Virus record (IMG/VR): IMGVR_UViG_3300038465_000091
Location: 1 to 64,000 of that record
Length of the DNA stretch: 64,000 bases
Direction: 5' to 3' (one strand)
Under the pieces are notes generated by a model. That model was given only the letters and a program-made list of their open reading frames with translations. It did no database searches and had not been told where the DNA came from. The position numbers and the translations under genes are program-made. Shown in pieces: positions 8,215 through 17,495 of the stretch (positions within the stretch are counted from its first letter, which is position 1; every line of letters starts with the position of its first letter).

Positions 8215-11200
8215 TTACGCAAGGGTCACCTGCTTCAGGAATTCCTCCGGCACGTGGTCGAGCTTCTTTCCCGTCACAGTCACGACCTTACCGCCGATCT
8301 TGATATTGACGGTGTTCGGCCCCCTGCCTAGAGCTTCCTTGAGTTGCCGCTGAAGTTCCGCGTTGGTCTGCACCTCATCGATCAATTCGTAGATGGGCTC
8401 GGTCCCGTGTAACTCTGCCAAAATCTTCGGTAGGTTAGCGACAGCCTCAGCGTGCTTTTCAGCTTCAGCTTTGTCCTTGGCGGCACGCTCGGATTCCATC
8501 TCCCGCATGGTCTCCGCATTCATTCTATGAGCAACCTCGGCGATGGCAGCCTGATCTATCGTTGCGGGGATCGTAGCAGTGATCTCATTCTCCGATACAG
8601 TGATGAGCGGAAGCTCGGCTTGGACTTCTTCACCGAGGATGAGCAGCGTCGGACGGATAACCTTCGCATCCAACGGAATCGCCCCTGAGTATCCGAACGA
8701 CGGCATCATGCCGCGATCTTTCGCAGTAAGGCCGACACGTTGCTCGTACTGTTCCAACGTTTCCATCGTGGCATCCTGTCCATCAGGCACGTGGTCAATC
8801 GTCCAGTATTCATGCAACTGAAGAATGGCGATCAGAATGCGCTGGGTTTCCTTGGGGTTCTTCGCCTTATCGAGAGCGTTGATCGTTTCGTACACGTCCG
8901 TATCGTGCACGCGACCGACAGCCCGTGGATGCAGGTTCTCTATCATCCAAGCCTTGACTTTTCCAACTTTGATCGGATCGCCCGATGTCAGGGAGTTGAG
9001 CATAGCCTTGACAGACTTGGAGTCAAACAGGTCGGGCAGGTATCTCTCCATGCCTTCGACGTGCGTCCAAGCGTAGGCTTTCTTCGGGTCCGTAGCGTTC
9101 CAGTCAACATCCCAGCTATGCCCGTATTCCGCATCGCACTCAATCGGCACGGGCCACTTCATCTGCTCGTGGTACTTGCGGAGCTTCATGAGGCGGGTGA
9201 CACGCGGCAGAATGAACGGGACGTACTCGTTCTTCACCGAGAAATCAACTTCGTCGTGCACCGACGTATGCAGACGGAACACCGACTGTATCAACGGGTC
9301 GCTTTCCACCCACTTACGGAGGCGGTTCAATGCAATACGCATGAAGTCTCCGCAGATGCCTTGAATGGGAGCGTTGACGGCGATACGTTGGACCTTGCCG
9401 ATGAACTTGTTGTACTCCATCGCGTTGCGGACGCCCGAATCAGGGTCTTTCCACAGGCGGTCGGCGCGACCTTTATACTTCTGGTAATCCGCGTCGTTCC
9501 CCGCCTTCTTTGCCTGCTCCGCTTCGCGGTTGTTTCCATAGTATTCGTAAAGGTTATGACGTTCTTCGTCAAACGGCTTGTGCAGGTGCAGGGCTTCCAA
9601 TGCCGAGTTGAAGTTGATGACGCGACCCGTCGAGGTTTCGCAAATCATCTCGGTCTTCGCCTTCGTCTGTTTCATCTGCACGAACTCGGCAAACTTAGGC
9701 ACGCCTTCCCAATATTTATCCACCATCTTCTTGCAATCTTCCTTGGTGATATTGGGGTCTTTTTCCTTCATGTTGAGGTAGATGGCGTGCTCAGTGCCGC
9801 CATACAGGAGGGCGAAGTTGATGATCTTAGCGATATCGCGGAAGCCCTTCTTCTTGTCGGCTGAAGTGTTCGGGTCGTTGAATTCGGGGAAGACGTTGGA
9901 CGCAGTTAGGGTGTGGAAATCGCCCTTGCCCTTAAGGAATTCGTCAATGAACTTTGGCTCACCGCTCATGTTGGCGGCGGCTCGCATCTCGATGTTCGAA
10001 TAGTCAACGGAGAACCACGTCCAGCCCGGGGGCGAACACATCAGCACACGCAGGTTGACGACTTCGTTGGCATCCATCTGCGTATCTTTGATGAGGATGC
10101 CGTATTTCTCCGCGCAAGACGTACACTTCGGGACAAGACAGATTGCGTATCCCGTGTACTGCCCGATGTGGTTCTTGATGATGCCTTTGGCTTTCTTGAT
10201 GACACCTTTCTCAAGATGGAAACAGGACGGGTCCAAGTCGGCTTCGGTGTACTCCTCCATCTCATCGAATGGAATTTCATCGGGCGACAGTACGTTGCCG
10301 TGCACACGCCACTGCTTTTCGGGCTCGACCTTCTTGACGCCCTGCGGGTTCATACCGAAGCCGCCGTCTTCCTCGAAGTCCCCGCCTGATGCCGATAGAC
10401 GACCGCCAGCTACCGTGCTCTGTCGCAAGTGAATACGGGCGGACAAGTCCTTCGGGTCATACCGCAGGTTGGCTGGGTGGAGTGCTCCGTACTTCTTGAA
10501 CTCCATAAGGGTCTTAAGGAATTCATCATCTGGATGGTCTTTCACCAAGTCGTCGATGGCATCGCTATCGCAGGACGGGGCTCCAGCCTTCTTTGTCCAG
10601 TGCTCGATCTCGTACCCCTTGACCCCGTATAGAAGCTTCTGCAACTGCGGGCCGCTGCCGGGGTTGAACTTGTCATCCTCGTTGACCTTGCCCTCTTCAT
10701 CAGCGGGCTCCTTAAACCCAGCCTCAAGAGCTAGATTGCGGAGCTTGTTGTACAGACTGTCGAGCAGCCCTTGGTGCCACTTGGCGGTTCGCCCGTGACG
10801 CTCGGTGTCGATCAGGAACCGTTGACGCTCAACGAAGATGATGCTGTCCACCAACTCGTGGTCGATGCGGTGCGGCAGGCGACGGCTACGTGCCAAATCC
10901 TTCATCTTCTGCCACAGGAGCCACGTGCAGATGGCATCACCTGCGGCATACCAAAGAGCAATGTCCGTGGGAACCCATGTGAACGGGGCGTACACGTTCT
11001 TCTTGCCGTGCTTTTTATCCTGTTGGGACAGGGCCTTTATCTCTTCTTCCGTGCAATTGCAGAGAGGCTTCTTGGTCAGCGGGCACACCACGGCTTTGAC
11101 TACGGAGATTTCTTCTATCTCGATCTGCTCGATACCCAGCACGGTCTTGGACAACGCCTTCAAACCACCAGCGGAGCCCGTGTACTTCTGCTTTTTATCA

Positions 11201-11826
11201 CCCAGATCGGCCTTGGGGTCATTGATGTACGCGAGGGACTGCACGTCTTCGAAGTGCGGATAACCGCGTAGATTGATGCCCAGACACAGACGTATGACTT
11301 CGCGGTCAAATTTCGCGTTGTAGAAAATCAGATGGCAGCGGTCGAAGAGGTATTGGAGGATGCGACGTGCGGCTTCACGGGGGACGTTCTTGCCCCTCTC
11401 GTGATTGATCGGAACATAGATGCCCTCAACACCGTCCGCGCTCAAGCAGACACCAGCGATCTCAACCTTGACTTCGTAGGTCAACTCATACGAGCCGTCT
11501 GGTTGCTCCTGCATGTCGATCAGGATTCGAGTATCGAGACCATTGCCTTCGGTGTCTACCGCGAGAGCGGGGGACGTTTCTTTGCCGTATGTGTGGTGAC
11601 GAGACTTGTCCGCGAGCAGATTGTCTACCCACGCTTGAAGGGCTTCTTCCGTATCCAGCAGTTTGAAGGCTTTCTCAGCCATCCACGGCTTCTTGATCTT
11701 CTCAATGTCTAGCTCGCGAAGACGAGCCCGATACATGGAACGGAGATCGGACGGCGGCTTTGGTTTCTTGACCTTCTTGGTCCGCTTGAGCTTGACCTCG
11801 CCCGTGTCCTGTTGAATCTTTGCCAT
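8215..11826 (-). CDS. polA: Family A DNA polymerase with 3'-5' exonuclease and a long C-terminal extension
   Basis: Exo DTE/FYNAKFD/YAAGDA; motif A DYSNIEMR; motif B RDIAKIINFALLYG; NAPIQG; motif C VHDE. Confidence 0.95.
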   Translation of the reverse strand: MAKIQQDTGEVKLKRTKKVKKPKPPSDLRSMYRARLRELDIEKIKKPWMAEKAFKLLDTEEALQAWVDNLLADKSRHHTYGKETSPALAVDTEGNGLDTRILIDMQEQPDGSYELTYEVKVEIAGVCLSADGVEGIYVPINHERGKNVPREAARRILQYLFDRCHLIFYNAKFDREVIRLCLGINLRGYPHFEDVQSLAYINDPKADLGDKKQKYTGSAGGLKALSKTVLGIEQIEIEEISVVKAVVCPLTKKPLCNCTEEEIKALSQQDKKHGKKNVYAPFTWVPTDIALWYAAGDAICTWLLWQKMKDLARSRRLPHRIDHELVDSIIFVERQRFLIDTERHGRTAKWHQGLLDSLYNKLRNLALEAGFKEPADEEGKVNEDDKFNPGSGPQLQKLLYGVKGYEIEHWTKKAGAPSCDSDAIDDLVKDHPDDEFLKTLMEFKKYGALHPANLRYDPKDLSARIHLRQSTVAGGRLSASGGDFEEDGGFGMNPQGVKKVEPEKQWRVHGNVLSPDEIPFDEMEEYTEADLDPSCFHLEKGVIKKAKGIIKNHIGQYTGYAICLVPKCTSCAEKYGILIKDTQMDANEVVNLRVLMCSPPGWTWFSVDYSNIEMRAAANMSGEPKFIDEFLKGKGDFHTLTASNVFPEFNDPNTSADKKKGFRDIAKIINFALLYGGTEHAIYLNMKEKDPNITKEDCKKMVDKYWEGVPKFAEFVQMKQTKAKTEMICETSTGRVINFNSALEALHLHKPFDEERHNLYEYYGNNREAEQAKKAGNDADYQKYKGRADRLWKDPDSGVRNAMEYNKFIGKVQRIAVNAPIQGICGDFMRIALNRLRKWVESDPLIQSVFRLHTSVHDEVDFSVKNEYVPFILPRVTRLMKLRKYHEQMKWPVPIECDAEYGHSWDVDWNATDPKKAYAWTHVEGMERYLPDLFDSKSVKAMLNSLTSGDPIKVGKVKAWMIENLHPRAVGRVHDTDVYETINALDKAKNPKETQRILIAILQLHEYWTIDHVPDGQDATMETLEQYEQRVGLTAKDRGMMPSFGYSGAIPLDAKVIRPTLLILGEEVQAELPLITVSENEITATIPATIDQAAIAEVAHRMNAETMREMESERAAKDKAEAEKHAEAVANLPKILAELHGTEPIYELIDEVQTNAELQRQLKEALGRGPNTVNIKIGGKVVTVTGKKLDHVPEEFLKQVTLA

Positions 11827-12023
11827 TATTCCTCTAACTCGTACAAGGCGTTGAGGAAATCCAGAAGATAGTCGTCAACTGGTTCATCAATTTGCAAGTT
11901 TTGAACATGGAGCAATCCGCCTTCTTGATCCGCTCGACAGTGTAAACAAACACAGCCTTCATACACAAAATCGGTATGTCGGCATGGAGCACCAGTGATG
12001 GGGTCGGAGCACTTGACTGCCAT
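11826..12023 (-). CDS. Small Cys-rich hypothetical protein
   Basis: Start and stop overlap with neighbours (TAATG coupling). Confidence 0.6.
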   Translation of the reverse strand: MAVKCSDPITGAPCRHTDFVYEGCVCLHCRADQEGGLLHVQNLQIDEPVDDYLLDFLNALYELEE

Positions 12024-12289
12024 TAGAACCTCCTTAACGCCAGCCCACTCATGCCCGGACGCTTGACTTCAGTCAACACGCCGTCCTTCAATTCAACGTC
12101 GGCGTATAGCTCGAACATCGCCCGCGCCTGACCCTTGAAACACCGCTTGATGCAATTGAATCCAACGGGTTTTTGGATGATCCTCGTACCGCCGTTGGCA
12201 CCTGTGGCGGCTATGGGCTTGGTGATGGTGTCGTACTTCTCTTTGTCGGCGAAAATCTTACCGCAGTAGATGCAGCGTGGTTTTAGCAT
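12023..12289 (-). CDS. Hypothetical Zn-finger protein
   Basis: CIYC...CIKRC; coupled to the downstream gene. Confidence 0.6.
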   Translation of the reverse strand: MLKPRCIYCGKIFADKEKYDTITKPIAATGANGGTRIIQKPVGFNCIKRCFKGQARAMFELYADVELKDGVLTEVKRPGMSGLALRRF

Positions 12290-12294
12290 TTGGG

Positions 12295-12975
12295 TTATTC
12301 CTTGTCGTCCAGAATTCGATTTACCGCCTCTTGTCCTAATACTCTCGCCAGACGCATTGCGGCTTTGAAATGTAGCTTTGTCGCTTCTTCGGGTTCGCGG
12401 GCCTTCTTAGCCTCGTCCGCCCCCTTCTCGAAATCGAGAGCACCGAAGTAAACGTGGATGTACTCCACGGCTAACTCGTAATCTTTCGATGTTCTAACAT
12501 CTTTGACAGCGCGAACGAGGAATGGTTCAGACAGATCACTGAAGGTGACCTCTGTTGTGATCTCTTCGTCCTCGTCTTGCTCGATGAGAACATCTGGAAG
12601 TGCGGGGAGTTCGAATTCCTTTTCGATCCATTTGAGGGCCTGCACCCACGTGCATCCGAGGGATTCTTTTACAAAGCGGATGTGATCGTAATAGCCCTTA
12701 CCTGCGGGGCAACCAAAACAGAAGCCATCGTTGGAGCCGCGATAGACCTGAAAAGACGGCGTGGAGTCAGTGCCGTGGAAAGGGCAACTGATTTTATCTC
12801 CCACGTTGCGGACGAAGTGGGCAACTACGTCATCGAACCGAACGTCTTCGCGGATTCGTTCAATTCGCCGGGGATTGATGCCCCGTATGACTCCCGCCCG
12901 ATAAAGTTTATCAGCCGTGCGCTTCTGGAAATCTACATCTTGAACGTCGGGTGCTTCGGTGTATTTGTCTGGCAC
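12295..12975 (-). CDS. CHC2 zinc-finger (primase Zn-binding domain) protein, no TOPRIM domain
   Basis: CPFHGTDSTPSF...CFGC. Start reassigned to GTG 12975 behind SD GAGGG. Confidence 0.85.
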   Translation of the reverse strand: MPDKYTEAPDVQDVDFQKRTADKLYRAGVIRGINPRRIERIREDVRFDDVVAHFVRNVGDKISCPFHGTDSTPSFQVYRGSNDGFCFGCPAGKGYYDHIRFVKESLGCTWVQALKWIEKEFELPALPDVLIEQDEDEEITTEVTFSDLSEPFLVRAVKDVRTSKDYELAVEYIHVYFGALDFEKGADEAKKAREPEEATKLHFKAAMRLARVLGQEAVNRILDDKE

Positions 12976-13129
12976 GCTGCCCTCTGTGTCTAATACCAAA
13001 ATTTTGAGAATAGTCAACCAAAATAAAGGGCTGTGGCGGCACTACTTAAAAATGCAACAGTGCCGTTGTGTTTCGCAACATTGGAAAAATGCACAGAACA
13101 CAGGGGTTACACCGAGATCGGGTTTTATC

Positions 13130-13214
13130 TGTTGCGAATCGCAACAAAATAATTCCGTCGTGTAAATGTAAGATACTGAGGGGTAAGGACTTAGAGTTTG
13201 GCTGTTTAATTGCT
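13130..13214 (+). promoter_or_regulatory. Sigma54-type promoter with upstream palindromic enhancer site
   Basis: TGGCTGTTTAATTGCT gives GG(13200-13201)-N10-GC(13212-13213); perfect palindrome TGTTGCGA-A-TCGCAACA at 13130-13146. Confidence 0.65.
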
Positions 13215-13235
13215 ATAGTAACAGTGGAGGTTATC

Positions 13236-13871
13236 ATGACAGTCATTCTGGTTCTGCTCACGTTCATTCTCTTCCTGCTGATCGATTACTTCAAGAGTCG
13301 CGGCAAGGTTCCTGTTCCCGCCACAGCCTATCAGGTGTCGCGACCGCTCACACCCGCGCTCGTAAACGGCTTCAGTGTGCCGACGAATCTCCTCTACCAC
13401 CCCGCCCACACGTGGGCTCTCAAAGAATCCCCCTCGCTCGTGCGCGTAGGCATGGACGACTTCGCATCCAAGCTGATCGGCAAGATCGATTCGATCACGC
13501 TACCGCAGCGTAACACATGGGTACGACAGGGACAACGGTTCGCCACGGTCACCCGTGATGGTCGCACCGTTGATCTGATTTCGCCGATTGAGGGTATCGT
13601 GACCGATGTCAACTCTGACGCCATTCGCGACCCCGAGGCCGCACGCAAGGACGCCTATAGCGGCTGGCTCATGACTGTGGACTCGCCCGACCAGAAGACA
13701 TGCCTCCGCAACCTGTTCAACGGCAGCATGGCACGATTGTGGATCGAAGAGGCCGTAGATCGCCTGCACCCCGCCATGGCACAGGACGGCGGCGAAGCGT
13801 GCAACGACTTCCTGACAGGGATGGGGAGCAGGGATTGGGAGGCAACTACTCGGGAATTCTTGCTCAACTAA
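13236..13871 (+). CDS. Membrane-anchored glycine cleavage H-like protein lacking the lipoyl lysine
   Basis: SD GGAGG; N-terminal TM helix; YHPAHTW, VRVGMDDFA, SPIEGIV..VN and DAY..GWL are GcvH motifs. Confidence 0.85.
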   Translation: MTVILVLLTFILFLLIDYFKSRGKVPVPATAYQVSRPLTPALVNGFSVPTNLLYHPAHTWALKESPSLVRVGMDDFASKLIGKIDSITLPQRNTWVRQGQRFATVTRDGRTVDLISPIEGIVTDVNSDAIRDPEAARKDAYSGWLMTVDSPDQKTCLRNLFNGSMARLWIEEAVDRLHPAMAQDGGEACNDFLTGMGSRDWEATTREFLLN

Positions 13872-13888
13872 AGATTTTTTCGACCAAC

Positions 13889-13928
13889 CGAGCCTCCTAC
13901 CCCCCAATATATAGGTAGGAGGCTTTTC
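13889..13928 (+). terminator. Intrinsic terminator after the GcvH-like gene
   Basis: AGCCTCCTACC / GGTAGGAGGCT stem followed by TTT. Confidence 0.8.
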
Positions 13929-14059
13929 TCATGGCAAACGACAGCGGTCTGTGGAAACTTGTGGTGTACCCCTTTGTGGCGGGAATTGTGTTCACGGGAG
14001 CGGTGTACGGCGGGGTGCGCTGGTTAATCTATTTCGCGCATCACATTGCTTGGAAATAA

Positions 14060-14135
14060 TGGTGGGAAGGGGGAGAATCGAACTCCCATCTCCTGTTTTT
14101 CAGACAGGCGCTAAGTCCACATCAGCTACCGACCC
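14060..14135 (-). tRNA. tRNA-Phe(GAA)
   Basis: Cloverleaf; anticodon arm CCTGT-CTGAAAA-ACAGG; encoded CCA; two acceptor-stem mismatches. Confidence 0.85.
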
Positions 14136-14154
14136 ATTATGATAGGTGGAATTT

Positions 14155-14231
14155 TGGTGGGAAGGGAGGGATTTGAACCCCCGACGCCAGCCTCTTCAGG
14201 GCTGCGCTCTACCGGGCTGAGCTACCGACCC
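14155..14231 (-). tRNA. tRNA-Phe(GAA)
   Basis: CAGCC-CTGAAGA-GGCTG; encoded CCA; same acceptor mismatches as the neighbouring copy. Confidence 0.87.
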
Positions 14232-14605
14232 ACATGATTACAGGCCCCCGCCCATGACGGCGGGGATGGTAAACAAGTCGAGGATGCGGTAGATGCGGTT
14301 CATAGTTTTAACCTACTGAGTAATCGAAGGACGGGCGGTCAACCGTAGTCAACCCCCGTCCCTCGCGGTAATGCCAGCCTGAAGCCAAAAGGCTCCAGTT
14401 TCCCCTGACAGGGCGAGCGATTCGTAACCGTGAGGTGTCAGCCTCAGAGGTCTTTATCGCCCCTTGTAACTGGCAATTAGAAAAAACCAGCGTCGGGTGG
14501 GACCTCCTAGCTGGCGCAGTCGATGCTTTGTCCCACGGTACTTGAGGAAGGCGTTCTAAACCTGTGCCATTGTCTCGGCTCGGTCATTCTGGCCCCTCCC
14601 CAAAC

Positions 14606-14854
14606 TTAAAATCTTTTCTTTGCTAATTGAACCTTGCGGTTCCGAATCTGCCGCACGCCCTCGGCGCACTGGCAAGCTTTCTGCAAGGCTAAACACGTTC
14701 CACAAAAGGATTCGGAAATCAAAATACTGCTGTTGATTCCCTCTTTGAAGTACGGATTGCAGCTATACTCCATGTTGCACGGTTCCAACTTAGTGCCTTT
14801 CTGATCCGCGTGGTTTTTCACGTTGTTCAGAAAAATACAAGTATCACAACCCAT
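14606..14854 (-). CDS. Possible small Cys-rich hypothetical protein
   Basis: 82-aa ORF with CxxC pairs; no strong RBS seen. Confidence 0.35.
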   Translation of the reverse strand: MGCDTCIFLNNVKNHADQKGTKLEPCNMEYSCNPYFKEGINSSILISESFCGTCLALQKACQCAEGVRQIRNRKVQLAKKRF

Positions 14855-14990
14855 CTTTTCTCTCTTTCAAAGCGTCGGCGGGGCTTTCGCCCCGCCGTTG
14901 GTCGGGGCCACTTGGTTTACGTCCAAGAACGGGGGCGAGACGGCGAACCGTTTACCCTCCACCACTCGGTTTACGTCCGAGAACGTGAAC

Positions 14991-15290
14991 TTATCCGCAG
15001 ATTTCAGGCCCGCAGCTTTCGGCGTTACCCGTGCTCTCGTTGGGCTCGTACACTTTAGCTGCGTAAACGTACTCACCTTCGGCGAAAGGTCCTGCCGAAG
15101 CATTGACCAGCATGTACCCCAGTTTAGCCAATGTGTCGGCGTTTGTCAAGAGGCGCATTTTATTGGTCGTCTGACCGTAATGCGAAGCTTCAACTTCCAA
15201 CACTGGGCGACCCTTTGTATCTGTCGTAACGGCGAATTGCACTCCACCGCCCCCGATCTCCAAAAACACTTCATTCAAAGTCTCGCCCAT
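14991..15290 (-). CDS. Hypothetical protein
   Basis: SD AAAGGA 4 nt before ATG; protein-like composition. Confidence 0.6.
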   Translation of the reverse strand: MGETLNEVFLEIGGGGVQFAVTTDTKGRPVLEVEASHYGQTTNKMRLLTNADTLAKLGYMLVNASAGPFAEGEYVYAAKVYEPNESTGNAESCGPEICG

Positions 15291-15299
15291 ACGATCCTT

Positions 15300-16160
15300 T
15301 CAAAATGCTATTGGGACCTAGCTGCGACTGGCTACGCAGGGTCGTCGGCTCCCGCCGAAGGTCTTGCCTATCAAGCGTCCCAACAGCAATCTTCGCCCCC
15401 ACTGTTCTCGCGGTATTACCGTCCGATTGGATACGGAAGCGTTGCCCCAATTCTTGGGTTACCCGTTCAGGGGGAGCACCCACCCATCAATCTCAAAACT
15501 ATGCGGGCACGAGCTTGGTTAGGCTCCGACCTTCTGCCGTAGTTGCAACGGCCTCCCGATCTTGCTTAGTCGCCGCACAAACTTTCCCAGTCGGCAGGGA
15601 CTCCCGATTCTCCACCCTGCATGACCCCAGTCCCATTTAAGGGACACAGTTGAGCCTGTGCTCGAAGACTGTGCTGACCGCTTGGGTCTCCACGTTCGGA
15701 ATCCCGTCGCAGCGGGAACCCCTTCCAAACGCTTTAGCGTCTCTATTTCTGGATCGTGTCTATTTCCGCCACGACTGGAAAAACGATTGTGGCGGGGGAT
15801 AGCAGCCGTAAAACACGGCCCCACTAGGCTCACGCCCACGTTCTTTTGGTAAATCTCCCTTGAAGAACGATTGCTCATATCTCGTATCGTAGCTCGAACA
15901 GGAGCAGGACACAGAGACACCGCCACAAAATTACTACTCCCATCCGAGGCAGTTCGAACTGCTTGTCGGCGTCGGCTGTAACCAGCGAACGAGCGATTTG
16001 AGCTTACCTTTCGGCAGAGGCTTGCGGAGTTCGTTAAAAGCGGCCTGAGAAGCGATTTCACAGGTTTCACGCCGCACGCTTTTACGTTATGGCGGTTCCC
16101 CGAACAATGACTCCACTCAGGCACAAAGTCAAAGTCCAATGAGGACCTGCTAATCACAGC
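15300..16160 (-). ncRNA. Candidate large structured ncRNA (GOLLD/ROOL size class)
   Basis: About 850 nt with no credible RBS-linked ORF, many short hairpins, inside a tRNA array; family not verified. Confidence 0.35.
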
Positions 16161-16260
16161 CGCTATTACGCGGCAACCTTACTTGTTGTCAGGCGGCTGT
16201 CGGCTTTGGCCCTGAGGATTTACACAGGAGCGACTCACCTATCATGACCTGACAACAAAA

Positions 16261-16340
16261 TGGTTGCAGAGGCTTGGAGTCGCACCAAGTACACCGTTCG
16301 GCTTATGAGGCCGATGAGCCGCAGTTGCTCGATCCCTGCT
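16261..16340 (-). tRNA. Atypical tRNA-Met(CAT)
   Basis: TCGGC-CTCATAA-GCCGA arm; T-loop TGCGACT; encoded CCA; irregular acceptor stem. Confidence 0.6.
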
Positions 16341-16686
16341 TCAAACTTAACAATCCCGCGTGAACCTTGCGATGACAATTCTCACACAGAACCACGCACT
16401 TTGCAATCTCAGCTAAGACTCGTTCTCGACTGAATTGCCTTGCGATTGCGTATGCTATCGTAAATTCTTTCTTGTCCTTGTCCACGTGATGAAATGAAAG
16501 GCAGCAATAAGCCGTTTCAGGACACAACTTGCAGGACAATTTCAAAGACTGGAAGAGCTTTCGTATCTCCTCCTTGTACCGTTTCTTTCGCTGGCTAACC
16601 AGCCGCTTGTGCTCCGCTCTGTACACGGGATCGTTGTTGTAACGATCTCGAAGGTACTTTGCGTGTTTTGCAGGGGTAGTAGGCAC
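16303..16686 (-). CDS. HNH endonuclease (tRNA-array family)
   Basis: CKLC...LSFHH...KCVVLCENCHRKVH. GTG start 6 nt after TGTGGTATACT. Confidence 0.88.
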   Translation of the reverse strand: MPTTPAKHAKYLRDRYNNDPVYRAEHKRLVSQRKKRYKEEIRKLFQSLKLSCKLCPETAYCCLSFHHVDKDKKEFTIAYAIARQFSRERVLAEIAKCVVLCENCHRKVHAGLLSLKQGSSNCGSSAS

Positions 16687-16776
16687 CCTACAAGTATACC
16701 ACAGCCGCAACTCGATCCCCGGGAGACGCTAGGCGACTCCACTTGCAAGGCGCGTGCGCCTCACTGGGGAAACCTT

Positions 16777-16853
<77 letters not shown>

Positions 16854-17162
16854 TCAAAATTATACAGCGGCCTGAGCCCACATCCACCTTCTACGGGGCT
16901 AACCCCCTCGGGCGACTGCGATGCATCCCGAACCCAAGCCGACTTCCCTACCGAGGCAATGGATGAATGCCCCTTCACTAAAATGGGCTGAACGAATGGT
17001 CAGGGTTTTTTACTGTTTAAGGTCGCCCGCCAGCCCGCTGTTGGCCGACCCCCTTTACTGCCATTTACACAGCAAGGGTAGCCTGTCCTCCGTGGTCTAC
17101 CAGCGTACCACGATACTCGACAAGGTACAACTATCTGGGAATCCTTGTCAATCGCCGTGCTA

Positions 17163-17495
17163 CTAAACTTCTCGCAACATGCTCTGCAATTGCTCGGCCA
17201 ACTCTTTCGCCTGATCGCGGCTCACATAAACCGTGCCCGAATCCCCGCAATCCATGCGGATGCCGATCACGTTGGGCTCGTCGCCATCAGCCATCAACCA
17301 AATGTGGTCGGTTGCGTTGCCGTTCAAGCGCAATGTCTTATCCAGTGCAATAGCCATACGGCCTCCAGAAAGAAAAAACCTCGGCAAGTGCACTCCCCCG
17401 TTTCGACCCGCTGGGTACTTATTCCCCAGAAGGGAGAGGCACGACGACCAAACAGAGTCGGGCACCACGTCGGCTGTCATCCGGGAGTCGGGCAT
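17163..17495 (-). CDS. Hypothetical protein
   Basis: ORF; an internal start MAIALD with SD GGAGG is also possible. Confidence 0.5.
   Translation of the reverse strand: MPDSRMTADVVPDSVWSSCLSLLGNKYPAGRNGGVHLPRFFLSGGRMAIALDKTLRLNGNATDHIWLMADGDEPNVIGIRMDCGDSGTVYVSRDQAKELAEQLQSMLREV

Noticed and set aside
8740-9864. 374-aa plus-strand ORF and similar long antisense ORFs over polA, recA and the lipoprotein gene
   Set aside because: Antisense shadows of high-confidence genes caused by codon bias.
14238-14303. 21-aa ORF MNRIYRILDLFTIPAVMGGGL as a Phe attenuator for the tRNA-Phe pair
   Set aside because: It has only one Phe codon, and the hairpin inside the ORF has no U-tract or competing arm.
15519-16157. 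212-aa minus-strand ORF
   Set aside because: No RBS, Arg/Ser-rich shadow-like composition and no domain; the region is better explained as structured RNA.
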